Part shown: positions 18,509 to 25,858 of the stretch, piece after piece
How the letters are laid out: every line of letters starts with the position of its first letter
Numbering within the stretch: the stretch's first letter is position 1
Origin: Nitrosomonadaceae bacterium
GTDB lineage: Bacteria; Pseudomonadota; Gammaproteobacteria; Burkholderiales; Usitatibacteraceae
Length of the DNA: 51,750 bases
Reading direction: 5' to 3'
Assembly: GCA_021300055.1 (NCBI GenBank)
Contig: JAJTHU010000035.1
Coordinates: forward strand, 1-51,750
Notes under the pieces: generated by a model
What the model was told of the DNA's origin: nothing
The model's database searches: none
The model's input: the letters and a program-made list of their open reading frames with translations, nothing else
Position numbers and translations under genes: made by a program

Positions 18509-19714
18509 TCAGTACTCCAAGCCCATTGCTTCGCGTACGTCGCGCATGGTGTCTTCCGCGGCAGCGCGAGCCTTTTCGCAGCCATCGGCAATGATATTTT
18601 TGATAAGCGTAGGATCTTCCTCGAACGGCGCCGAACGCTCTTGCATTGGCTTCAGTTCAGCCACAATCTGATCGATGACGGGCTGCTTGCATTCCAAGCA
18701 ACCGATGCCAGCAGAGCGGCAGCCATTCACGACCCATTCTCTGGTGTCGTCACTCGAATAGACCTTATGCAATTGCCAGACTGGGCACTTCTCGGGATCC
18801 CCCGGATCCGTACGCCGCACCCGCGCCGGATCCGTTGGCATCTTGCGTACTTTGTCAGCAACGGCCTGCGGCGTGTCGCGGATGTCGATCGTGTTACCGT
18901 AGCTCTTGGACATCTTCTGACCATCGAGCCCGACCATTTTGGCAACCGGCGTGAGCAAAGCCTCAGGCTCGGGGAGAATCACCTTGCCGCCGCCCTCGAG
19001 GTAGCCAAACAGACGTTCACGATCACCCATCGACAAGTTTTGCGTGTCGCTTAGTAGTTCCCTAGCTTGGTCAAGCGCAGTCTCATCGCCATCTTGCTGA
19101 AAGCGCGTGCGCAAACTCGAGTACAGCTTGGCCTTTTTAGAGCCAAGTTTTTTTACGGCGGCTTCTGCCTTCTCTTCAAACCCCTTTTCTTTGCCGAAAA
19201 GATGGTTGAAGCGCCGCGCGATTTCGCGCGTAATTTCGATGTGCGGCACCTGATCCTCGCCTACCGGCACGCGATTCGCGCGATAAATGAGGATGTCCGC
19301 CGCCTGCATCAAAGGATAGCCGAGGAACCCATAGGTCGTCAGGTCGCGCCCGAACTGGCCTTGTTTTTCGACTTGATCCTTATACGTCGGCACACGCTCA
19401 AGCCACGATAGGGGCGTGAAGAACGACATCAGCAGCGTCAACTCAGCGTGTTGCGGTACCTTGCTCTGCACGAACATAGTTGCCTGAGAGGGGTCAATAC
19501 CAGCAGCAATCCAATCGATCACCGTGTCGTAGGTGTACTGCTCAATTACCTCTGGTGTCTCGTAGTGCGTCGTCAGGGCGTGCCAGTCCGCCACGAAGAA
19601 GAAGCACGGGAACTCGTTCTGTAGGCGCGCCCAGTTTTTCAGCGCGCCGTGGTAGTGGCCCAAATGGAGGCGGCCGGTAGGGCGCATACCGGACAAAACG
19701 CGATCAGGAAACAT
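18509..19714 (-). CDS. trpS: tryptophan--tRNA ligase (long form, about 400 aa, with a C-terminal Cys4 motif)
   Basis: Class I signatures GRLHLGHYHG (HIGH) and KMSKS, plus GEDQ and a TrpRS-like core. Confidence 0.95.
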   Translation of the reverse strand: MFPDRVLSGMRPTGRLHLGHYHGALKNWARLQNEFPCFFFVADWHALTTHYETPEVIEQYTYDTVIDWIAAGIDPSQATMFVQSKVPQHAELTLLMSFFTPLSWLERVPTYKDQVEKQGQFGRDLTTYGFLGYPLMQAADILIYRANRVPVGEDQVPHIEITREIARRFNHLFGKEKGFEEKAEAAVKKLGSKKAKLYSSLRTRFQQDGDETALDQARELLSDTQNLSMGDRERLFGYLEGGGKVILPEPEALLTPVAKMVGLDGQKMSKSYGNTIDIRDTPQAVADKVRKMPTDPARVRRTDPGDPEKCPVWQLHKVYSSDDTREWVVNGCRSAGIGCLECKQPVIDQIVAELKPMQERSAPFEEDPTLIKNIIADGCEKARAAAEDTMRDVREAMGLEY

Positions 19715-19966
19715 AAAGCGACATAGGGGTCAAGGTGTCATCCAACAGCAGCAAACCACACGGGGCGCCGGGCTGAAAATAGCGAATGGGGCGCGGCTCA
19801 CAGACCGACGCAGCAACCTCAGGAAAGCTTCGTAACCAGAGACAGGGGTTTGCCGCGCGACGCCGGGGAAGGGTTCGATGAGCGGCAGGTCATGCTGGGG
19901 CGGGATGAGATCTAAGAAGCAACAGGGTCTAACGCGCGACTGCCGCGCGAACCGGAGCATTCAGCA

Positions 19967-20614
19967 CTATCTCAAGCCCAAGACGGAGTATACCGCGTCC
20001 ATTGTGCCGCCGACTAGCGGCCAAAGTACCCACCCGAGCACCCCGCTGAGCATGAGCGCAATCAAGATGAACATGCCGTACGGCTCGGTGCGCGCGAATA
20101 CGTTCGCCGCACGGGACGGCAACAGGCCCACTAAGATACGCCCGCCATCAAGGGGCAACAGCGGAAACAGGTTGAAAATCATAAGCAGCGCGTTGACGAA
20201 AATCCCGGCCTTCGCCACAAGCTCAAGGTAGATGAGCGGCAGCGTTTCGGGCCCCATGCCCGCTAGTTTGCCAATCACGGCCCAAGCAAGCATCATGGCA
20301 AGGTTTGCTCCCGGTCCAGCAGCGGCAACCCAAATCATGTCGCGCTTGGGGTTGCGCAGCGCGTCAAAATTGACCGGCACCGGCTTCGCCGCACCGAAGA
20401 CAAACGGCGTCAGCAGCAGTGTCAGCAAAGGCACGACGATTGTCCAAACCGGATCGATGTGCTTAAGCGGATTGAGCGTCATGCGCCCCAGCATGTAGGC
20501 CGTGGCATCCCCAAAGCGCTTCGCCGCAAAAGCATGAGCCGCCTCGTGCACAGTAATTGCGAAAATCAGCGGAATCGCAAACACCGTGATCTTCTGGACG
20601 AAATCCAAAGTCAT
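19967..20614 (-). CDS. site-2 protease family (M50) membrane metalloprotease
   Basis: HEAAHAF (HExxH) sits in a TM helix, with a downstream NLFPLLPLDGG motif. Start placed at MTLDF (20614), with GGAG 8 nt upstream; the ORF track extends to 20674. Confidence 0.8.
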   Translation of the reverse strand: MTLDFVQKITVFAIPLIFAITVHEAAHAFAAKRFGDATAYMLGRMTLNPLKHIDPVWTIVVPLLTLLLTPFVFGAAKPVPVNFDALRNPKRDMIWVAAAGPGANLAMMLAWAVIGKLAGMGPETLPLIYLELVAKAGIFVNALLMIFNLFPLLPLDGGRILVGLLPSRAANVFARTEPYGMFILIALMLSGVLGWVLWPLVGGTMDAVYSVLGLR

Positions 20615-20618
20615 TACA

Positions 20619-21254
20619 TCACTCCTGTTCGGCGAGGCCGAACGCTGAGATATCGCCCTTGCCGTGGCGAACAAGCGTTGGCATATCAGTCGACAGATCG
20701 ATCACAGTGGTTGGCTCAATGCCGCACGCGCCGCCATCGAGAATGAGGTCCAGCTGGTGCTCCAGAGCGTCGCGAATCTCAAACGCGTCATTAAGTGGTT
20801 GCGTTTGTCCCGGCAGAATCAACGTGGAGGACAAGAGCGGTTCCCGCAACTCGGCCAACAGCATGCTTGCTACCGGATGCAGCGGGACTCGGACACCGAT
20901 CGTCGCGCGTTTAGGATGCGCCAAACGGCGCGGAAGCTCGCGCGTCGCCTTAAGGATAAAGGTGTAAGCACCGGGAGTATGCGCTCTCAGCCAGCGGTAC
21001 TGCGCGTTGTCGACCTTCGCATAGTTCCCGATGTCAGACAGATCACGACAAACAAGTGTGAAATGGTGGCGCTCATCGACTTGGCGAATCCGGCGAATGC
21101 GTTCCATCGCGGCCTTGTCGCCGATATGACAACCGAGCGCATAGCATGAGTCGGTTGGGTAGGCAATCACGCCGCCACTACGAACGATTTCTGCGGCGCG
21201 CTTAATGAGGCGAAGTTCCGGATGCGTCGGGTGGAGCGTAAAGAACTGACTCAA
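20619..21254 (-). CDS. yciO: YciO (Sua5/YrdC/YciO family, threonylcarbamoyl-AMP synthase-like)
   Basis: Collinear by eye with E. coli YciO (MSQFF..HP..P..RLI..A.EIVR.GGVI.YPTDS.YALGC...FTL.CRDLS...). This fixes the start at the TTG at 21254, which overlaps the trpH stop (TTGA). Confidence 0.8.
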   Translation of the reverse strand: MSQFFTLHPTHPELRLIKRAAEIVRSGGVIAYPTDSCYALGCHIGDKAAMERIRRIRQVDERHHFTLVCRDLSDIGNYAKVDNAQYRWLRAHTPGAYTFILKATRELPRRLAHPKRATIGVRVPLHPVASMLLAELREPLLSSTLILPGQTQPLNDAFEIRDALEHQLDLILDGGACGIEPTTVIDLSTDMPTLVRHGKGDISAFGLAEQE

Positions 21255-22165
21255 TGCACGGCTCCGCCATTCTGCTGCGGCTGACCTGGCACCGGTTCGA
21301 GCAAGCCCCACACTGGCTTGAGATCGCGGTCCACGTCAGCCAGCGTGGGCAAAGTACCGGGCTCTTTCGGCGTTTCGTGCGCCGCGTGAAAGTCTGCTCC
21401 GCGCGAAGCGAACAGCCCGTGCGCCTTCGCGCGCCGCGCCACGGGCGCGTATTCGCTCGGGTCGTGGCTACCAGTAACCACTTCAACACCCTCGCCTCCC
21501 AGCGCTCGGAACTCGGCAAACAGCTTATCCATGTCTGATGAGTCGAGCCTGTATCGTGCAGGGTGTGCGATGACGGCAACGCCACCTGCAGCGTGTATCC
21601 ACTTAACCGCGTCAGACAAGCTCGCCCAGCGAAACGGTACATACCCCGGATTACCCGGCGTCAGAAAGCGCTTGAATGCCGCGGCAATGTCCGGCACGAT
21701 CCCCCGAGCTACAAGCGCTCGCGCAAAGTGCGTGCGCCCCAGCATTTCCTTGTTTTCAGCAAACTGAAAGGCGTCGTCGAAAACATCGGGCTGACCGGCT
21801 TCGACCAGCAGTCGAGCAATCTCTCGTCCACGCGCGATGCGCCCACCGCGCACACTTGCCAAGCCCTGCACAAGTGCAGCGTTGGCTACATCGATTCCCA
21901 GTCCGACAATGTGAATGGTCGTCTCGCGCGCATCGACGTCACCCGCAGGTGACCAAGTCACTGAAATCTCGACCCCCGGGATAAACTTGAGCCCCAAACG
22001 GGCAGCGGCGAGGGCACCCGCGGCAATACCGCTTACCGTGTCATGGTCGGTGATCGCGAGCGCGTCGCAACCATTGCGCGCGGCGAGCGCGACAAGCTCT
22101 TCCGACGACAAAACACCGTCAGAGGCACTAGTATGGTTGTGTAAGTCAAAATTGAGCTTATTCAT
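21251..22165 (-). CDS. trpH: PHP-domain phosphoesterase (TrpH/YciV, RNase AM family)
   Basis: FDLHNHTSASDG, ALAITDHDT and SLIAHP-type PHP metal-binding motifs. Adjacent to yciO, as in E. coli. Confidence 0.85.
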   Translation of the reverse strand: MNKLNFDLHNHTSASDGVLSSEELVALAARNGCDALAITDHDTVSGIAAGALAAARLGLKFIPGVEISVTWSPAGDVDARETTIHIVGLGIDVANAALVQGLASVRGGRIARGREIARLLVEAGQPDVFDDAFQFAENKEMLGRTHFARALVARGIVPDIAAAFKRFLTPGNPGYVPFRWASLSDAVKWIHAAGGVAVIAHPARYRLDSSDMDKLFAEFRALGGEGVEVVTGSHDPSEYAPVARRAKAHGLFASRGADFHAAHETPKEPGTLPTLADVDRDLKPVWGLLEPVPGQPQQNGGAVH

Positions 22166-22287
22166 CGCCGCCGTCGCTACGGTTTAGCAGGGCTTTCCAA
22201 TCGATTTCCAGCACATCGAGCAAGACGCTTCGCTCGTTGCGTTTCGCTTCTCGTCGCCGTTGCTGGAGCACGCTAACTACTCATTTT

Positions 22288-23034
22288 ATGGCCGAAATCA
22301 AACCGATTCATTTCAGCAGCCGCTCTAGCAGCAACAATCCCGGAGGACTCCAAGCGGCTGCCGAGTTAATGCGCCGCTGCTTTGCAAGTGGCGGGGCGGC
22401 CGACCGTTCCCAGTCAGCCATTGAGATACTTGTCGCCTTTGCATCGCTTTGTGACCGTCTAGATGCCGAGTATGGTGAATCCAGCGCCCTCAACCTAATG
22501 GGCCTAGATGAAGCGCTTAACGAGGCATTGCGCAGTTGCGCCGAATTACAGGCGACCGCCGAGGCGGCTGCCTGCCAAGAGGCTGGCAACCCCGCTGACG
22601 CCATGTGTATCGGTATCGCACTTTGGGCGATGCGACACAACCAACCGATACGCGTCGCCGAACCGCTGGTGAATGCCCTCGGGCGGCGCGCAAACGCCGG
22701 AACGACGCGGCAGGACATGGCTGCAGTGTACGCCCTGATGCAGGGTGCGGTTGCCCATCTGCAAGCCACACTAGGGGCTGACCTTGAGCGGTCCAACCCC
22801 GAACGACCTTGGCGCATTTTGAACCTTAACTTCGCTATCACGGCGATCCGGACCGGCGATGAAGCCATGATCGACCACGCGTTTGCTCAACTCAATGCTG
22901 CGCTTCCCGATGAAGCAACAGGGTTTTATGAGGAAGCGCTCAGGTTGGCTTTAGCCAGCGGCCTGCCAGCCGGAATTAGCTCGCTGATCGAGTTGCAGTT
23001 GGCTGCACGACGCCAGCCGATGCAATTGCACTGA
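22288..23034 (+). CDS. hypothetical protein (248 aa from ATG 22288; predicted all-alpha, Ala/Leu-rich)
   Basis: A long open frame divergent from trpH with no motif I recognise. Codon usage is plausible but includes several rare Leu/Ile codons (CTA, TTA, ATA). The start is uncertain (ORF track 22237). Confidence 0.45.
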   Translation: MAEIKPIHFSSRSSSNNPGGLQAAAELMRRCFASGGAADRSQSAIEILVAFASLCDRLDAEYGESSALNLMGLDEALNEALRSCAELQATAEAAACQEAGNPADAMCIGIALWAMRHNQPIRVAEPLVNALGRRANAGTTRQDMAAVYALMQGAVAHLQATLGADLERSNPERPWRILNLNFAITAIRTGDEAMIDHAFAQLNAALPDEATGFYEEALRLALASGLPAGISSLIELQLAARRQPMQLH

Positions 23035-23077
23035 GCCGGGGCAGTCGTCCCGATCGTGAGATAATGCTAAGTTACCG

Positions 23078-23118
23078 ATTTTGTTCAGTTTTTTGCGTGA
23101 AAACCTGGCCTCCAGTCA
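23078..23118 (+). repeat. Degenerate copy of the intergenic repeat (GCGTGAAAAC...CCAGTCA)
   Basis: GATTTTGTTCAG-TTTTTTGCG-TGAAAACCTGGCCTCCAGTCA parallels copy 1 (GCGTTTTTCAG-CCGTTTTTGCC-TGAAAACGCCCGCCAGTCA). Confidence 0.35.
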
Positions 23119-23183
23119 GCCGCAGCGAATTGCTCGGAACCCAACTCGGCATCACACTTTTTCGCTCAGACTTACCCCACCGC

Positions 23184-23792
23184 ATGAAGTTGCTGTTTGA
23201 CCTGTTCCCGGTCATTCTCTTTTTTGCCGCTTACAAGATGTACGACATCTACATTGCCACGGCTGTGGCGATCGTCGCATCGATCTTGCAAGTGGGCTAC
23301 CTCTTGGCTAGGCGCCGCAAAGTTGAGCCGATGATGTGGCTTGGCCTCGGAATCATTGTGGTCGCGGGCGGGGCCACCATCGTTTTCAAGAACGAGATGT
23401 TCATCAAGTGGAAGCCGACGGTGTTGTTTGCCGCGATGGCCGCGACCATTGGCATCGCACAGTTCTGGTTTCGCAAGAATCCAATTGCCTTCGTTTTCAA
23501 CAACACCATCACCGCGCCTGATCACGTTTGGCGGAAGCTGTCGATTTCTTGGATCGCCTTTTTGCTCTTCATCGCCGTGCTGAACCTTTGGTTTGCTTAC
23601 TACACGTCGACGGATACATGGGTGCTATTTAAGACGTTCGGTGACATGGGATTATTCTTTGTGTTCATCGTGTTGCAGATCTTTTGGCTGCTGCCATATT
23701 TGCCTGACGATAACGCGGACGAACCCAAGAAACCGGCGGCGGAGGCGGCGACCATCGTCCATGACGCGAGTTCCGGCGGAGGAAAAGTCTGA
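23184..23792 (+). CDS. yciB: intracellular septation protein A (YciB/IspZ)
   Basis: MKLLFDLFPVILFFAAYKMYDIYIATAVAIV... and EMFIKWKPTVLF are collinear with E. coli YciB. Start at ATG 23184; the ORF-track 23064 extension was not used. Confidence 0.85.
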   Translation: MKLLFDLFPVILFFAAYKMYDIYIATAVAIVASILQVGYLLARRRKVEPMMWLGLGIIVVAGGATIVFKNEMFIKWKPTVLFAAMAATIGIAQFWFRKNPIAFVFNNTITAPDHVWRKLSISWIAFLLFIAVLNLWFAYYTSTDTWVLFKTFGDMGLFFVFIVLQIFWLLPYLPDDNADEPKKPAAEAATIVHDASSGGGKV

Positions 23793-24094
23793 TGCTCTAC
23801 GCCATCATCTGCGAAGAACTTCCCGGCGCCTTGGAGCGCCGCTTGGCCAATCGCCCTGCCCATCTAGCGCGCCTTAAGGCGCTACAAAGCGAGGGCCGGT
23901 TGATATTGGCCGGGCCACACCCAATGCTGGATAGCGAGGATCCTGGCAAAGCAGGTTTTGACGGCTCGCTCATTGTCGCCGAGTTCGCGTCACGCGAAGC
24001 GGCGATCGCGTGGGCGGCTGAGGATCCCTATGCGCAGGCGAACGTATTTTCCAAGGTAACGGTCAAACCGTTCCGTAAGGTTTTCCCCACATAA
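23792..24094 (+). CDS. YciI-family protein
   Basis: 100 aa with RPAHLARLKALQSEGRLILAGP and YciI-like DPY..A.VF. There is a 1-nt overlap with the yciB stop (TGATG). Confidence 0.8.
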   Translation: MLYAIICEELPGALERRLANRPAHLARLKALQSEGRLILAGPHPMLDSEDPGKAGFDGSLIVAEFASREAAIAWAAEDPYAQANVFSKVTVKPFRKVFPT

Positions 24095-24097
24095 TCC

Positions 24098-24376
24098 ATG
24101 CCGACCGTTCGCGAACAGATCATTGCGCGTCTCGCCGTGTTGCAACCTGCGGTTCTTGAGGTTACCGACGATTCGGCCGCACACACATTCCACGCGGGTG
24201 CGCAAGCACACCGCGAACGCGTTGGCGACACTCCCGGCACCCACTTCGAAGTTCGCATCGTCAGCCGAGAGTTCGCCGGCATACCGCCGATCGAGCGCCA
24301 TCGGCGAATCTATGCGCTGCTCGATGATCTGATCAAGACGCAAATCCACGCGTTGAAAATTGACGCTTCCGCATAA
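24098..24376 (+). CDS. BolA-family protein
   Basis: 92 aa with V.DDSA.H....G.....HF...IVS..F.G...I.RHR.IY, the BolA fold signature. Confidence 0.8.
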   Translation: MPTVREQIIARLAVLQPAVLEVTDDSAAHTFHAGAQAHRERVGDTPGTHFEVRIVSREFAGIPPIERHRRIYALLDDLIKTQIHALKIDASA

Positions 24377-24456
24377 CCGTTCACACACTTTCCCTGCATC
24401 TGTAACGCTGCTTTTGTCCTATCGTCACCCGATTCACTCACTGGAAGGAAGAAACA

Positions 24457-25311
24457 ATGCAATTCAACAGAAAATCCCTCTCGCTCGCGGTCGCACTAGC
24501 TCTCTCGATTTCAATGGCAAGCCAAGCGAGTGCACAGGCTAAGGGCGAGAAAGCAGCGCCCAAAGCCGCTGCCGCAACCGCCGCCAAGTCCGACGGTCGC
24601 ATCAGTGTGAACGGTGTCATCATCCCGCAGTCGTTCTTCGATGCCATGAATCGCGATCGCGAAGCATCCGGACAACCAGCGTCTGCTGAGATCACTGCCG
24701 CGATCAAGGATGAGCTGATTAACCGCGAAGTGTTGACGCAAGCCGCTTCACGGCGCGGCCTAGACAAAGACCCAGCGATCGCCGCGCAAATGCGCATGGC
24801 CGGTCAAGCAGTCCTGATTCGTGCCTACTTTGACGATTTTGCTAAGGCGAACCCTATCACTGACGCACAGCTCAAGCAGTTGTACGACGGTTTCGTATCG
24901 CAGATGGGGGACAAGGAATTCAAGGCGCGCCACATCCTCGTTGACACGGAAGATGAAGCGAAGGCGCTGATCGCGCAAATCGGACGTGGCGAGTCGTTTG
25001 AGAAACTCGCAAAAGACAAGTCCAAAGACACCGGTTCCAAAGACAACGGTGGCGATCTCGATTGGGGTCCTGCAGGCCGCTATGTCCCCGAGTTCGGCAA
25101 CGCATTGCGCGTACTCCAAAAAGGCCAGCTGACGCCTAACCCGATCAAGACGCAGTTCGGTTGGCATGTCATTCGTCTCGATGACGCGCGCGACATGAAG
25201 CCGCCAAAGTTTGAAGACGTCAAAGAAAACTTCCGCCAACGTGCGCAGCAAGAGCAGATCGCTCGCTTGGTGCAGGACCTGCGTAGCAAAGCGAAGGTTG
25301 AAGAGCGGTAA
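24457..25311 (+). CDS. periplasmic peptidylprolyl isomerase (parvulin/PpiC type with a SurA-like N-terminal domain)
   Basis: Signal peptide (LALSISMASQASA-QA). Parvulin motifs FKARHILV, GGDLDW and FGWHVIRLDD. Confidence 0.85.
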   Translation: MQFNRKSLSLAVALALSISMASQASAQAKGEKAAPKAAAATAAKSDGRISVNGVIIPQSFFDAMNRDREASGQPASAEITAAIKDELINREVLTQAASRRGLDKDPAIAAQMRMAGQAVLIRAYFDDFAKANPITDAQLKQLYDGFVSQMGDKEFKARHILVDTEDEAKALIAQIGRGESFEKLAKDKSKDTGSKDNGGDLDWGPAGRYVPEFGNALRVLQKGQLTPNPIKTQFGWHVIRLDDARDMKPPKFEDVKENFRQRAQQEQIARLVQDLRSKAKVEER

Positions 25312-25343
25312 GCTCATCTAGCCCGCCGGCGCGGGCCAGATGC

Positions 25344-25372
25344 AAAAAAGGCAGCCTCGGCTGCCTTTTTTA
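25344..25372 (+). terminator. Rho-independent terminator after the PPIase gene (bidirectional shape)
   Basis: AAAAAA-GGCAGCC-TCG-GGCTGCC-TTTTTTAT: a 7-bp GC stem, 3-nt loop and T-tract, with an A-tract on the 5' side. Confidence 0.8.
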
Positions 25373-25452
25373 TTTGGGGATTCCTACTGTAGCGCAAGAA
25401 TCTGAGCTTGCCTAGACTTGCGCGTGAAAATGGAGTTCGCTAACGTGGACAT

Positions 25453-25851
25453 ATGACGTCACCACTTGCTCCCATTCGACTCCGACTCGCCGGCACGGGC
25501 AATTACTACCGTGTCGAGGCATCGGTATCAAGGCTTCTACCCCGTGAATTGCCGCACGTAATCGCCGCCTACACGTCGAGCTGGACCAAGCCTGAAGAGG
25601 TCGAACGCGTTGCCATTGGCAACGAATCGGGCGAGGCGTTGGTGCTGACTCTCAGTGCAGACCGAGAGTTGCCGACCACCGAGCGCCCGTCTGATGTCGC
25701 CAAACGCCTCAGCTATGCCATCTGGCAAGCGCTCGACCGCTACGTGAAGGTCACGATCGAGACGACCTACTTGGGCGAATCCCCAGATGCCCACTTCGAG
25801 TTCGGCGAATCGCAGTACTCGACGGCTTTCGGCGCCCGTTTCGAGGCCTAA
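25453..25851 (+). CDS. hypothetical protein (132 aa, acidic, no signal peptide or TM segment)
   Basis: Clean ORF with protein-like composition and codon usage, bounded by an upstream terminator and by the convergent purL stop 7 bp away. No recognisable motif. Confidence 0.5.
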   Translation: MTSPLAPIRLRLAGTGNYYRVEASVSRLLPRELPHVIAAYTSSWTKPEEVERVAIGNESGEALVLTLSADRELPTTERPSDVAKRLSYAIWQALDRYVKVTIETTYLGESPDAHFEFGESQYSTAFGARFEA

Positions 25852-25858
25852 CGACCGA

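Noticed and set aside
19730-19960. A 76-aa minus-strand ORF filling the M50-trpS gap, considered as a CDS feature
   Set aside because: Its amino-acid composition (R, P, C, L, F; CCC run) looks like translated non-coding GC-rich DNA and it has no RBS. I kept it only as an open question in the findings.
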